Assembly (NCBI GenBank): GCA_963828735.1
Contig: CAWHFW010000005.1
Coordinates: 2,400,001 to 2,464,000, forward strand
Reading direction: 5' to 3'
Length of the DNA: 64,000 nucleotides
DNA from: an uncultured Gemmatimonadales bacterium
GTDB taxonomy: Bacteria > Gemmatimonadota > Gemmatimonadetes > Gemmatimonadales > GWC2-71-9
Both the position numbers and the translations under genes were made by a program. The notes under the pieces were generated by a model, which had not been told where the DNA came from, made no database searches, and worked only from the letters and a program-made list of their open reading frames with translations. Positions 8,504 through 19,107 of this stretch are shown here, in pieces (position 1 is the first letter of the stretch; every line of letters begins with the position of its first letter).

Positions 8504-8674
8504 CAAGAAGATCCCTCGAGCGTCGGTCGGTGCGGCAGGAAGTGGCGGTAAGCGCGGCTGTCCAGGCGCGGGCCGCGAGAAGGTTGGTCTTCTCGCGAAG
8601 GAGGGTCAAGGTTCCACGCTCTTGACCTGCGAGGTCCCATCCCTGTAACCTCTCTGTCCGCTTGACCCTAGCTT

Positions 8675-8747
8675 TGGGGTGTAGCTCAATCGGCAGAGCG
8701 CCCGGCTGTTAACCGGGAGGTTGCTGGTTCGACCCCAGCCGCCCCAG
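8675..8747 (+). tRNA. tRNA-Asn(GTT)
   Basis: Cloverleaf: acceptor TGGGGTG/CGCCCCA, anticodon arm CCCGG-CTGTTAA-CCGGG, T-loop GGTTCGA; CCA not encoded. Confidence 0.95.
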
Positions 8748-8751
8748 TCGA

Positions 8752-8782
8752 CCGAGGGCCCGCGTTGTCCGCGGGCCCTCGG
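8752..8782. terminator. Hairpin between tRNA-Asn and the convergent hemolysin III gene
   Basis: 13-bp perfect stem CCGAGGGCCCGCG/CGCGGGCCCTCGG. Confidence 0.6.
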
Positions 8783-8810
8783 CGCGTTCGGTCGTCGTCG
8801 GCTCCCGCGC

Positions 8811-9446
8811 TCAGGCCGGCACGACGTGGAACAGCATGAAGGCGAAGTGGCAGCCGCTGCCCGCGAGCACCATGAGATGCCAGATCTCATGGTGGCCGAA
8901 GCGACCTGGGAATGGGTCGGGCCGCTCGCGCGTGAAGATCACGGCGCCGATGGTGTAGGCAATTCCCCCCGCGACGAGCCAGGCCATTCCGCCCATGGAA
9001 ACCGCGCGCGCAAGCGGCGCCGCGGCGATCAGCGCCATGTAGCCCATGCCGAGGTAGGTCGCGGTCGAGAACCAGCGGGGCGCGTCGAGCCACCAGATCT
9101 TGAACGGCACGCCCGCCAGCGCGATCGCCCACGCGGCGCCGAGCAGCGCCCATCCCGACGGTCCGTGCAGGGTGAGGATCGCCACCGGTGTATAGGTGCC
9201 CGCGATCAGGAAGTAGATCGCGATGTGATCCAGCATCCGCAGCTTGCGCAGCCGATGGCTGGGCAGGGGAAGGGCATGGTAGAGCGTGCTGGCCGCGTAC
9301 AGCAGGATCAGCGAGCCGCCGTAGACCCCGAACGCCAGCCGCTCCGCTGGGCCGTGCGAGAGGCGCAGCAGCAGCGCGGTGCCCGCCGCCGCCAGGACGA
9401 GCCCGACGAGGTGGGACCACGTGTTGACCGGCTCACGAAACCGCAT
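8811..9446 (-). CDS. Hemolysin III / PAQR (TrhA-like) membrane protein
   Basis: EPVNTWSH, STLYH, DHIAIYFLIAGTYTP, HEIWHLMVL. Confidence 0.92.
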   Translation of the reverse strand: MRFREPVNTWSHLVGLVLAAAGTALLLRLSHGPAERLAFGVYGGSLILLYAASTLYHALPLPSHRLRKLRMLDHIAIYFLIAGTYTPVAILTLHGPSGWALLGAAWAIALAGVPFKIWWLDAPRWFSTATYLGMGYMALIAAAPLARAVSMGGMAWLVAGGIAYTIGAVIFTRERPDPFPGRFGHHEIWHLMVLAGSGCHFAFMLFHVVPA

Positions 9447-9508
9447 GGAGTGAATGTAGCGGCGCGCCTACCCTTGTCGCCCGGCGAGGCCCGGTCTAGG
9501 GTTGAGGT

Positions 9509-10657
9509 ATGCGGATCGCCCTCTTCTCCGAGGTCTACTGGCCGATGGTGAGCGGGGTGGGCGTCACGCTCCTCCGGCTCACCGACGCGCTTCACGCACG
9601 CGGGCACCAGGTGCGCGTGTACAGCGCCACCTACCCGCTGCCGCCCGACACCCGTGACCGGCCCGAGGTGCACCGCTCGCCGAGCGTTCCGTTCTTTCTC
9701 TATCCCGACGTCCAGTGGGCGTTCCCCAAACTGCGCGAACTCGTCGAGGATCTCGAGGCCTTCAGGCCAGACGTGGTCCACGTGGCCACGGAGTTCTCGC
9801 TCGGCATCGCGGGGGTCAAAGCGGCCAGGCAGCTCGAGCTTCCCGTCATCGCCTCTGCGCACACCGACTACGACCAGTACGCCGCGCGCTACGGGGTTCC
9901 CTGGGCATTGCGGGCCGGGTGGCACTATCTCCGCTGGTTCTACGGTCAGGCGCACCGGGTGCTCTGTCCGTCGCGGATCTACGAGGAAGTCGTGCACCGG
10001 CATGGTGTGCCGCACACCGGCATCTGGAGCCGAGGGGTGGACCCCGGGGTCTTCTCGCCCCGGTTCCGGAGCGAGGCGTATCGCGCCGCGCTGGGCGCCG
10101 GGCCGAGCGATCTGGTCGTGACGTACATCGGGCGCATCGCCCGCGAGAAGAACCTCGGTCTTCTGCTGGAGGCCTGGGAGGCGCTCGCGCCGGAGCGTGG
10201 CGGGGCGCAGCTCGTGCTGGTGGGTCGCGGCCCGCTCGAAGAGGACATCCGGCGCCGCGAGCTGCCGGGCGTCCACGTCACCGGCCTGCTTCTGGGCGAC
10301 GCCTTGTCCTCCGCCTACGCCTCGGCCGACGTCTTCACGTTCCCATCGTCGACCGAGACGTTCGGCAACTCGCTGCTCGAGGCGATGGGCTCGGGCCTGG
10401 CGCCCATCGTGGCGGCCGGCGGCGGCGTGCTGGAGTTCGCCGAGCACGGGAAGAACGCGTGGCTGGTCGAGCCCGACAGCGCGCCGGCGATCGCCGACGC
10501 GCTCCGTCGCCTCTTCGCGGACCAACCCCTCCGACACCGGCTCGCGGCCGGCGCCTTGGCCACGGCGAGTGCTCGAGACTGGGCCACCGTCTACGATCAG
10601 CTGTTGGACGACTATCGCGCGGCGATCGCCGCGAAGGCGGAAACGCAGGCGGCGTGA
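9509..10657 (+). CDS. Glycosyltransferase family 4
   Basis: MRIALFSEVYWPMVSGV, GRIAREKN, PSSTETFGNSLLEAMGSG. Confidence 0.92.
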   Translation: MRIALFSEVYWPMVSGVGVTLLRLTDALHARGHQVRVYSATYPLPPDTRDRPEVHRSPSVPFFLYPDVQWAFPKLRELVEDLEAFRPDVVHVATEFSLGIAGVKAARQLELPVIASAHTDYDQYAARYGVPWALRAGWHYLRWFYGQAHRVLCPSRIYEEVVHRHGVPHTGIWSRGVDPGVFSPRFRSEAYRAALGAGPSDLVVTYIGRIAREKNLGLLLEAWEALAPERGGAQLVLVGRGPLEEDIRRRELPGVHVTGLLLGDALSSAYASADVFTFPSSTETFGNSLLEAMGSGLAPIVAAGGGVLEFAEHGKNAWLVEPDSAPAIADALRRLFADQPLRHRLAAGALATASARDWATVYDQLLDDYRAAIAAKAETQAA

Positions 10658-10731
10658 GGCAGACGGAGGGGGTGGGGCGATGGGATCGGGGAGAGGAAGC
10701 GGGCGGCGAGGACCCGGCTGGCGCCTGCCGC

Positions 10732-11763
10732 CTATCGCCGCACCAGCAGATAGGCGATCGCCGCGATCGCCGCCGCCATCGGGATCGTGAGCATCCACGC
10801 CCAGACGATGCGCGTGGCCACGCCCCATCGTACCGCCGACAATCGCTGAGCCGCCCCGACGCCCACGATCGCCCCGGTAATGGTGTGCGTCGTGCTCACC
10901 GGCACCCCCAGCTGCGATGCGATCAAGATCGAGATCCCGCCCGCCGTCTCCGCGCAGAATCCGCCGAACGGCCGGAGCTTCGTGATCCGACTTCCCATCG
11001 TCTTCACGATCCGCCAGCCGCCCAGCGCCGTCCCCAGGCCGATCGCGGTGTACGCCGACATCTCGACCCAAAGAGGAATACTGTCGGCCGTCGGCACGTA
11101 GAGGTGCCGAAGCAGCCCCGGCTCGTGGAGGAACAGCGCCTGCGTGGACACCAGCAGGCCGACGATGATTCCCATCGTCTTCTGCGCGTCGTTGGCGCCG
11201 TGACTCAGCGAATAGAGCGCCGCCGAGATCAGCTGCAATCGCCGGAACACCCGGTCGACCGGGCCGGGTGACGCGCTCTTGAGCAGCCACGAGAGCCCGA
11301 CCGTGAGCGCCAGCGCCAGCACGAGCCCGAGGATCGGCGACACGAAGATGAACGCGATGGGCAGCACCCACCCGCCGAGCTGCAGTGCCGGAAGCCCCGC
11401 CTTGGCGATCGCGGCGCCGCCGAGGCCGCCCATGAGCGCGTGGCTGGACGAGCTGGGGAGCCCGAAATACCAGGTGATGATGTTCCACGCGATCGCGCCG
11501 AGCAGCGCGCTGAGGATCAGGTTGGGATCCACGACCGACGGCTCGATCAGCCCCTTGCCGATCGTTCTCGCGACCGCGGTCCCCACCACGAACGCCGCGA
11601 GCACGTTGAACGCGGCCGCCCAGAGGACCGCCACGCCGGGCGAGAGCACCCGAGTGGACACCACGGTCGCGATCGAGTTCGCGCTGTCGTGGAACCCGTT
11701 GATGAAGTCGAAGACCAGCGCGACCCCGATGATCGCGAGGACGTAGGCCACGTCGTGCGGCAT
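10732..11763 (-). CDS. pit: Inorganic phosphate transporter (PiT family)
   Basis: NGFHDSANS, GLPSSSSHAL, HGANDAQKTMG, PVSTTH; ATG at 11763 directly after the DUF47 gene. Confidence 0.93.
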   Translation of the reverse strand: MPHDVAYVLAIIGVALVFDFINGFHDSANSIATVVSTRVLSPGVAVLWAAAFNVLAAFVVGTAVARTIGKGLIEPSVVDPNLILSALLGAIAWNIITWYFGLPSSSSHALMGGLGGAAIAKAGLPALQLGGWVLPIAFIFVSPILGLVLALALTVGLSWLLKSASPGPVDRVFRRLQLISAALYSLSHGANDAQKTMGIIVGLLVSTQALFLHEPGLLRHLYVPTADSIPLWVEMSAYTAIGLGTALGGWRIVKTMGSRITKLRPFGGFCAETAGGISILIASQLGVPVSTTHTITGAIVGVGAAQRLSAVRWGVATRIVWAWMLTIPMAAAIAAIAYLLVRR

Positions 11764-11765
11764 GC

Positions 11766-12386
11766 TCAGGCGTGCTTGATGGAGATCGACTCGAGCACGT
11801 TGCTCACGTCCTCGATGAAGTCGAGCGTCTTCTCGAGGTTGTCGTAGATCTCCTTCCACTTGATCACGGTGAGCGCGTCCGGGTGGCCCTCGAACAGGCG
11901 CGCGAGCCACTCGTGATACAGCGAATCCCCCTCCTCCTCGAGGCGCTTCACCTGAACGCACGCATTGAGCACCGTCCCATCCTTGTTCTTCTCGAGGGCG
12001 CCCACGCCCACGAGCACCTGCTCCGTCGCGCGCACGATGACGTCGGCGATCAGCATGGCGCCGCGGGGGGCGTTGCCGGCGTGAAAGATGTGGAGCCGCC
12101 TGGAGGTACCGTCGATGAGGTCGATCACGTCGTCGAGCCGCGAGGCCAGGGAGTGGATGTCCTCCCGGTCGAGCGGCGTGATGAACACGCGGTCGAGCCG
12201 GGTCACCACGTCGTGGGTGACCTGGTCGGCCTGGTGCTCGAGCCGCTTGATCTGGTCCACGATCGCGCCACGGCGATCGTGGTCCGCGCGCAGCAACTCT
12301 TGCTGCAGCCGGGCGGCCTCGACCGTGAAAGTGGCGACCGCCGTGAAGAGGTCGAAGAACTTCTCGTCGCGGGGCAGGAGGCGCAT
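11766..12386 (-). CDS. DUF47 PhoU-like phosphate transport regulator
   Basis: LEHQAD, FITPLDREDI, IKWKEIY; adjacent to PiT. Confidence 0.92.
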   Translation of the reverse strand: MRLLPRDEKFFDLFTAVATFTVEAARLQQELLRADHDRRGAIVDQIKRLEHQADQVTHDVVTRLDRVFITPLDREDIHSLASRLDDVIDLIDGTSRRLHIFHAGNAPRGAMLIADVIVRATEQVLVGVGALEKNKDGTVLNACVQVKRLEEEGDSLYHEWLARLFEGHPDALTVIKWKEIYDNLEKTLDFIEDVSNVLESISIKHA

Positions 12387-12547
12387 TGTCACGTCCAAGT
12401 AACGGGCCGCGGCAAGATAACCCAGCCCACGCGCGCCCGCACATTGGACGAACGTTCCTTGACGGGTAAGGTTTCCCCATCAGATTCCCGGAGTCCGCCG
12501 CTCCAAACGACGGCTCTCGCCGCCCTGCACCCGTGCGCCCGGCGTCT

Positions 12548-15500
12548 ATGACCGAGTTGCTGGCATCGAGTCTCCTCGACAGCCCTCCGGAGGAGGCATT
12601 TGACCGGCTGACCCGGCTGGCGTCCCGCCTTCTCGGCGCGCCGGTGGCGTTGGTGAGCCTGCTCGGTGATGACCGGGTTTTCTTCAAGAGTGCCATAGGG
12701 TTACCAGAGCCCTGGGCAACCCATCGCGAGACCCCTCTTTCCTATTCGTTCTGCCGCCACGTCATCGCGAGCGGGGAGCCGCTCGTCGTCGAGGACGCCC
12801 GCCGGCACCCCCTGGTCCGGAGCAACCCGGCGGTTCGTGAGCTTCGCTGGATCGCGTATGCCGGCGTGCCCATCACCATGGGCGATGGCCGAACGGCAGG
12901 TGCGCTGTGCGTGGTGGACGCTCTGCCGAGGGTCTGGTCGCCGCGTGACCTGGCCCTGCTCGTCGATCTGGCGGCTTCGGTGGCCACGGAGATGGAGCTA
13001 CGGGCCTCCACTCCCCGCCCGTCCGGGCCTGCGGACCCGTCCCAGGACGCGGCGGCGGCGGTGTTCGAGACAACGGCCCTCCCGATGGGGCTGATCCATG
13101 CTGACGGTCGCTGGCTCCGCGTCAACGCCAGCCTGGCCCACCTCCTCGGGAGCTCCCAAGAGGCGCTGGTCGGCTGTCCCGCCGAAGCGTTCACCCATCC
13201 GTCCGATCGGTCCGCTGACCAAGAGGCCATCCGGCTCCTCCGCGCCGGCGAGGTTGCGAGCTACACCGCGGAGAAGCGCCTGCTGCGCGAAGGCGAGGAT
13301 CCGATCTGGGTGCTCGCGACCGTCACGGCGATGCCGGGCGCCGAACCGCTGGCCACGCTTCACGTCGCGTTCCAGGACATCACCGACCGGAAGTCGGCCG
13401 AGTTGGACCTCCGGCACCGGGAGGAACGGTACCGGCTCGCGGCGGACGCGGCGGACGACGCCCTCTGGGACTGGGACCTGCTGACCGATCGCCTGGTCTG
13501 GACCGAGCGGCCCGACGGGAAGTTCGGGTACCACCGCTCCGGACGGAGCGCCTCGGCGGCCTGGTGGTACGAGCGGCTGCACGCGGATGACCGCGAGCGC
13601 GTGGTGAGCGGCATCCACGCAGCCATCGCGAATGGAGCCGCGAGCTGGACCGACCAATTCCGGTTCCGGCGCGCGGACGGACGCTACGCGCAGGTCCGCG
13701 ATCGGGCGGCCATCGTCCGGGACCAGGCGGGCGACGCGGTGCGGATGGTGGGCGTCGTGGCCGATACGAGCGAACAGACGCGCGCCGACTTGCTTGCCGG
13801 CGCGCAAAGCCAGCTGCTGGAACAGATCGCGGCGGGCCTCGACCTCGAGGCGGTGCTCGAGGGCGTGGTGCGCTTTGCCGAGACGCACGGCAGCGAGCTC
13901 ACGGTTGCCATCCTGGTCGTCGCTGCCGACGCGCAGGAACTCCACCTGGCGGCCGGACCCAGCCTGGAGGACGGTCTCCGCGACGCGTTCGCCCGCGTTC
14001 CACTCGAGCCCGCCGCCAGCGTGAGCGCGATGGCGGCTGCCCGTCGCGAGCGGGTCGTCATCCCGGACCTGGCGGCTCATGACTCGGTGGCCTGGCGCGA
14101 GCCCCTCCTGTCTGCCGGCGTCGCCTCGGCGTGGGCCGTGCCGCTCTTGGCGGCCGACGGCTCCCTCCTGGGTACGCTCGAGGTCCACTCTCGCAGCCCC
14201 CACGCGCCTGACGAGGCCGACAGCCGGCTCGTCGAGCTGGCCTGCCGGCTGGCCGAGATCGCCATCGCGCGCGATCGGACCCAGGAGGCGGTCACCCGGG
14301 GCACGAGGCTGCTCGAGCAGGTGCTGGACAACCTGCCCGTAGGCGTTTGGGTGCTCGACCGCGATGGGCGGGTCATGTTCGGGAACACGACCGGCCATCA
14401 GATCTGGGGCGGATCCCGCGAGTTCTCGTTCTACGAGTACGATGAGTATCGCGGCTGGTGGCCCGATACCGGCAAGCCGCTCGAGCCCAGCGAGTGGCCC
14501 GCCGCGCGCGCCATCCTCAAGGGCGAGACGGTCCTCAACGACGTGCTGCACATCGAGGGGTTCGACGGGGTGCAACGGACGATCCTCAACTCCGCCGTCC
14601 CCCTCCGGACCCTCGACGGGGAGATCGCCGGCGCCGTCGTGGTCAACCAGGACGTCACGGATCAGCATGCCGCCGAGGCCGCGCTCCGGCTGAGCGAAGA
14701 GCAGTTCCGTCACGCGCAGAAGATGGAGGCGGTGGGCCAGCTCGCGGGCGGGATCGCGCACGACTTCAACAACCTCCTCACCGGGATCCTGAGCTACAGC
14801 GAGCTGATCCTAGAGGAGCTCCGCCGCGACGACCCGATCCGCGGCGACGTCGAGCAGATCCGCCACGCCGGGCAGCGCGCCGCGACGCTGACCCGGCAGT
14901 TGCTCGCCTTCAGCCGGCGGCAGGTCCTGCAGCCGCGCGTGCTCTCCCTCAACACCACCGTCGGTGAGCTCGGCACGATGCTCCGGCGGCTGCTCGGTGT
15001 GGAGGTCTCGATCGAGACCGAGCTGGATCCCGCCCTCTGGTACGTCATGGCCGATCCCAGCCAACTCGAGCAGGTCCTGGCGAATCTGGTCGTGAACGCG
15101 CGCGACGCCATGCCCGGGGGTGGGGTGGTGACGATCGCCACGCAGAACCGGTTGCTCGAGCCGGGGGACGACGTAGGAGGGAATGGGGTCCGGCCGGGCG
15201 AGTACGTCGCACTCTCCGTGCGCGACACCGGGATCGGGATGGATCTGCCCACCCAGTCCCGGATCTTCGACCCGTTCTTCACCACGAAGGAGCCGGGCAA
15301 GGGCACCGGGCTCGGCCTGTCGACGGTCTACGGGATCATCGAGCAGAGCGGCGGGCACATCGCGGTCGAGAGCGCGCCGGCGCAGGGCGCCACGTTCACG
15401 GTGTTTCTGCCGCGATACCAACCCGCGCCGGGCTGGTCGGCGCCGGCGCCGGCGGACCGACGAATCCTGCCGGCCGGCGACGAGACGCTCCTCCTCGTCG

Positions 15501-15844
15501 AAGACGAGGCGGCGGTCCGTTCGTCGGCACGCCGACTGCTCGAGCGCCATGGCTACGCGGTGGTGGAGGCAAAACACGGGCGGGACGCGCTCAGGATCGT
15601 GGAGGAGGGCGAGCTCAGGATCGATCTGGTGATCACCGACCTGGTGATGCCGGAAATGGGCGGCCGTGAGCTGGTCGAGCGCCTCCGGGCCCGTGACCCG
15701 GGGATCAAGGTGCTCTTCATGTCGGGATTCAGCGAGCGAGCGGTGACCTCCGGCAACGCGATGCCGCCCGGAACCGGCTTCGTGGAGAAGCCATTCACGG
15801 CGGAGCAGCTCATCCGCAGCACCCGGGACATTCTCGACGACTGA
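12548..15844 (+). CDS. Hybrid sensor histidine kinase (GAF-PAS-PAS-GAF-PAS-HisKA-HATPase-REC)
   Basis: PEEAFDRLTRLA GAF; AHDFNNLL; NARDAM; GTGLGL; TDLVMP receiver; start could be GTG 12533. Confidence 0.93.
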   Translation: MTELLASSLLDSPPEEAFDRLTRLASRLLGAPVALVSLLGDDRVFFKSAIGLPEPWATHRETPLSYSFCRHVIASGEPLVVEDARRHPLVRSNPAVRELRWIAYAGVPITMGDGRTAGALCVVDALPRVWSPRDLALLVDLAASVATEMELRASTPRPSGPADPSQDAAAAVFETTALPMGLIHADGRWLRVNASLAHLLGSSQEALVGCPAEAFTHPSDRSADQEAIRLLRAGEVASYTAEKRLLREGEDPIWVLATVTAMPGAEPLATLHVAFQDITDRKSAELDLRHREERYRLAADAADDALWDWDLLTDRLVWTERPDGKFGYHRSGRSASAAWWYERLHADDRERVVSGIHAAIANGAASWTDQFRFRRADGRYAQVRDRAAIVRDQAGDAVRMVGVVADTSEQTRADLLAGAQSQLLEQIAAGLDLEAVLEGVVRFAETHGSELTVAILVVAADAQELHLAAGPSLEDGLRDAFARVPLEPAASVSAMAAARRERVVIPDLAAHDSVAWREPLLSAGVASAWAVPLLAADGSLLGTLEVHSRSPHAPDEADSRLVELACRLAEIAIARDRTQEAVTRGTRLLEQVLDNLPVGVWVLDRDGRVMFGNTTGHQIWGGSREFSFYEYDEYRGWWPDTGKPLEPSEWPAARAILKGETVLNDVLHIEGFDGVQRTILNSAVPLRTLDGEIAGAVVVNQDVTDQHAAEAALRLSEEQFRHAQKMEAVGQLAGGIAHDFNNLLTGILSYSELILEELRRDDPIRGDVEQIRHAGQRAATLTRQLLAFSRRQVLQPRVLSLNTTVGELGTMLRRLLGVEVSIETELDPALWYVMADPSQLEQVLANLVVNARDAMPGGGVVTIATQNRLLEPGDDVGGNGVRPGEYVALSVRDTGIGMDLPTQSRIFDPFFTTKEPGKGTGLGLSTVYGIIEQSGGHIAVESAPAQGATFTVFLPRYQPAPGWSAPAPADRRILPAGDETLLLVEDEAAVRSSARRLLERHGYAVVEAKHGRDALRIVEEGELRIDLVITDLVMPEMGGRELVERLRARDPGIKVLFMSGFSERAVTSGNAMPPGTGFVEKPFTAEQLIRSTRDILDD

Positions 15845-15899
15845 CCCCGGCGCCCGTCGTCGAACCCGCCGGGGCTGTCGCCGCCGGACGAGTCCGGGC

Positions 15900-16541
15900 C
15901 TACTCGAGCAGCGCCAGCAGGTCCGCGGGGCTCTCGAGCCAGTAGTCCGGCGTGGCGCCGGCGAGGTGCTCGCGACCGAACGGTCCCCACAGCGCCGCCG
16001 CGGTCCGCACCCCCGCGTCGCGTCCCGATACCATGTCGTGAATGCTGTCTCCCACGTACACCGTCGTGGCCGGGTCGGCGCCGAGCAGAGCGAGGGCCTT
16101 TTCGACCGGCTCGGGGTGCGGCTTTGGGTTGGCCACCTCGTCGGCGCACACCAGCACGTCCATCATCGGTTCGAGCTTCGCCAACGCCAGTCCGCGCTGC
16201 GCCCCCGATCGGTTCTTGCTGGTGACGAGCCCCGTCCTCCGGCCCGCGCGTCGGATCGCGTCCACGGCCGCGACGATGCCGGGGTATACGGTGACCATGC
16301 GATCGTGGTTGGCGAGGTTGTATTCGCGGTACGTCGCGATCAGCGCGTCGAGCATTCCCTGGTCGTGCCACTCGGCGAACTGCACGTTGAGCGGCGTCCC
16401 CACGCCGCGGAGCCAGTCTTCGTCGGTCCGCTGCGGAAGGCCGTGCGCGGCGAGCGTGTGATGGTAACTGTCGAGAATCAGCCGAATCGAATCGATGAGC
16501 GTACCATCGAGATCGAACAGAAAGGTCTGGATGGTGGACAT
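15900..16541 (-). CDS. HAD family hydrolase, PpaX-like
   Basis: FDLDGTLIDS, VTSK, PKPHPEP, VGDSIHD. Confidence 0.88.
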   Translation of the reverse strand: MSTIQTFLFDLDGTLIDSIRLILDSYHHTLAAHGLPQRTDEDWLRGVGTPLNVQFAEWHDQGMLDALIATYREYNLANHDRMVTVYPGIVAAVDAIRRAGRRTGLVTSKNRSGAQRGLALAKLEPMMDVLVCADEVANPKPHPEPVEKALALLGADPATTVYVGDSIHDMVSGRDAGVRTAAALWGPFGREHLAGATPDYWLESPADLLALLE

Positions 16542-16630
16542 GTGCGGAAACGTAGTCGGGTGGGTCTCGGGTTGCGCCCATGCTCCGGCATCTCTATGCT
16601 GACTGGTTTCCGAACCTCGGAGTGAAGCAC

Positions 16631-16819
16631 ATGCAGCCGACCGAGCTCGTGGCGATCATGGCCGCGATCATCTATAGCGGCCGACGCGAAGGCGACGGAC
16701 CGCACGCGGACACGCGGCAGACGGCCGTGGAAGAGGCCTGGCACATCTGGCACCTCGCTATGGACGAGTGGAGCGACCCGGGTGCCCGAAGGCTGGACAG
16801 GCATCCACTGCAGCCATGA
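16631..16819 (+). CDS. Small hypothetical protein (62 aa)
   Basis: GGAG RBS; MQPTELVAIMAAIIYSG...; fills an intergenic gap. Confidence 0.55.
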   Translation: MQPTELVAIMAAIIYSGRREGDGPHADTRQTAVEEAWHIWHLAMDEWSDPGARRLDRHPLQP

Positions 16820-16916
16820 TGACCGGACGCGCCGTTCGGGGAAGCTCGCCTGAGGCCGGAGTTCGCGGCCCGACTGGCATGATGGGCGGGCCCCTCGGGC
16901 TCGGGGAGTAGCGCGC

Positions 16917-19037
16917 TCACTCGAACAGCACTACCCCCGTCAGCCGCACCTCGATCGTATCCCACCGTGGCGTTGGCGCCGGAAGCCGCGACAGGATTGC
17001 GGGCATCCGGTCGGCCGACGCGTCGGCCATCCGCTCCACCAGCATCGCCTCACCGGCAGTATGTCCTCCACCGACGAAGGCCAACGCCTGCTCCAACTGC
17101 CCCAGCGTGCGGCGGTCGCGGGCTCGCGCGGCTTTGCCGACAGCCTCGGCGAGTCTGGCTGCGAGTCGCCGGGCGGATGGCGCCGGTTCCCCCGCCGCCC
17201 AGCGACGACCGCCCGCGACCACCAATCGCGCGCGGATCGGCGTCACGAGGCGATCGAGGGCGCTCCGAATGGAATCGGGCGATGCGGGTGCGCGGTTCTC
17301 CGAGCGGCCGGCTTCGTGCATGCGGCCCTCGATCACCGCGCCGTCCTCGGTCCAGCTGCCATCCTGATCGAGCCAGCCAATGACCGCCGCGAGCGGCTGG
17401 CGCCCGCCGGGGTGATGTGGCAGAAGGGTGAACCCGGCGAGCACGCCACGACACGAGGAGTCCCGAATGAGAGCGACTCCGCTCACGGCTGGGCCGTCGC
17501 CAAGCCGGTCGGCGAGCGCCGTGCGCCACCGCCACAGACGCACGCCCCGCGCGCCGAGTCCGGCATGGGCGGGGAGCCTCGCCTTGCGCTCGAGCCGCTG
17601 ACGAAGCCCGAGTGCTGCCTCGAGGGAGGGCGGCGTGCCGAAGCGCACGACGTCAACCCACCGGTGAGCCGAGCCCAGGCGCACCGCTCGGCCCTCTCGC
17701 TGCTCGAGCCGCATCGGAGTCCACGGCAGGTCGTAGTGAACGACGCGCTCGGCACGACGCAGGTCCAGGCCTTCGGCCGCGACATCCGTGGCCACGAGGA
17801 TCCGGGGCCTCGTCAGCGACACAGGAGCGCGTTCCCCGTCATCCTGAAACAACTGCATGACCAGAGATCGCGGCGCGGAGCAGGGGCCCACCCCCGCCCG
17901 GTCGCCGGTACACCAGGCGACCGGAACGCCGAGCCGGTCCCGCAGGTGGCGCACCGTCTCGCGACGCGTCGTGAAGACGAGCGTGGGACGTCCGTCGGAG
18001 AGAAGCGTCCGCAATCGATCGAGCTTGGCGTCGGGTGCGTCGGCTGGAGTGCCGGTCTCGACCTGCACCGCATCGATCGTGTCGAGGTCCTCGAGCGCGA
18101 CCTCCAGGTCGCCGTCTCCGTCGGCCACGAGCTCCCACAGCACAAGTTGGTCGTCGAGGTCTCCGGCAAAGGCCCGCAGCTCGGCGCGGCTCAACGCGCG
18201 ACCGGCTCGGCGCGCGTCGGCGGCGTGGTGCAGCAGGCCGCGGTAACGACGGAGTGCCCCCGCGAGCGCCGCCGGGCTCGAGGTCGCGGCCCGGAGCAGC
18301 ACGCCGCGGATCAGGGCCGCGGTCGGCGCGCGACGCGAAAGTCGGAGCCGGGCCAGGCTCGCGAGGATGCGTCGCCCGGACTCCTCCTCGGGCGGGGTCG
18401 GGTCGCTCGGGCGCTGCGTTCGGCCTGGACGCGGGCCGGCCTCGACGGTCTCTTCGAGGACCAATCGCCCGAGCGCGGCGATGCCGGACCCTCCTGTCAG
18501 CGCGGCCCGAAGAGAGACGACGCCGTCGGCGAGCAGCGCGTCGTCGCGGACGCCGAGCACGAGTTGGTGCGCGAGGTCGCCGAGGCGGTTGACGATTGGC
18601 GTGGCGCTGAGCAGCAGGACGCGACGGCCCAGCAGCCACGGTGCGACATGGTGGTACCGGCGGGAATGCGGATTCCGGAAGTGGTGACTCTCGTCGATGA
18701 TGACGAGCCCGGACGCGGCGGGGGGAAGGCGTCCTCGGCTCGCCTGCTGGTGGGTGCCGATCTCGACCGGCACGCCAACCGCCTGGGCCAGGCTCGACCA
18801 CTGGTGCGCCAGGGTGGCGGGGACGAGGCATGCGCACGGGGCGCGCAGTGCGGCGGCCACCGCGAGCGCGATGTAGCTCTTGCCGCTGCCGACGGGATCG
18901 GCGAGCAGCGCGCCGCCGAACCGCTCGAGCGCAGCCTGCACGCGCCGAAAGCTTCGCACCTGGCCCGGCAACAACCAGGGCGGGGCGGCCCTCGGGCTTT
19001 CCGGCGGCAGCGCAGCCCGCGCGATCGCGCGTGCCAC
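16917..19037 (-). CDS. SNF2-like superfamily 2 helicase (start uncertain; ORF open to 19226)
   Basis: LADPVGSGKS, DESHHFRN, LSATP, ATDVAAEGLDL, YDLPWTPMRLEQREGR. Confidence 0.82.
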   Translation of the reverse strand: MARAIARAALPPESPRAAPPWLLPGQVRSFRRVQAALERFGGALLADPVGSGKSYIALAVAAALRAPCACLVPATLAHQWSSLAQAVGVPVEIGTHQQASRGRLPPAASGLVIIDESHHFRNPHSRRYHHVAPWLLGRRVLLLSATPIVNRLGDLAHQLVLGVRDDALLADGVVSLRAALTGGSGIAALGRLVLEETVEAGPRPGRTQRPSDPTPPEEESGRRILASLARLRLSRRAPTAALIRGVLLRAATSSPAALAGALRRYRGLLHHAADARRAGRALSRAELRAFAGDLDDQLVLWELVADGDGDLEVALEDLDTIDAVQVETGTPADAPDAKLDRLRTLLSDGRPTLVFTTRRETVRHLRDRLGVPVAWCTGDRAGVGPCSAPRSLVMQLFQDDGERAPVSLTRPRILVATDVAAEGLDLRRAERVVHYDLPWTPMRLEQREGRAVRLGSAHRWVDVVRFGTPPSLEAALGLRQRLERKARLPAHAGLGARGVRLWRWRTALADRLGDGPAVSGVALIRDSSCRGVLAGFTLLPHHPGGRQPLAAVIGWLDQDGSWTEDGAVIEGRMHEAGRSENRAPASPDSIRSALDRLVTPIRARLVVAGGRRWAAGEPAPSARRLAARLAEAVGKAARARDRRTLGQLEQALAFVGGGHTAGEAMLVERMADASADRMPAILSRLPAPTPRWDTIEVRLTGVVLFE

Positions 19038-19107
19038 CTCCAAGCCAGACGCGAGTGGCCCGCACCCCAAGCCCGTTCGCAGCGGATCCGTGACTGCGGT
19101 GAGTGAC

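Noticed and set aside
8675..8782. tRNA-Asn as an integration site for the peptide locus
   Set aside because: No duplicate of its 3' end and no integrase noticed in the window.
10732..12696. 654-aa PiT, 745-aa barrel, 547-aa MutY, 545-aa MlaF and 661-aa lipoprotein as fusion proteins
   Set aside because: The N-terminal extensions are out-of-frame read-through of neighbouring genes; internal starts fit operon spacing.
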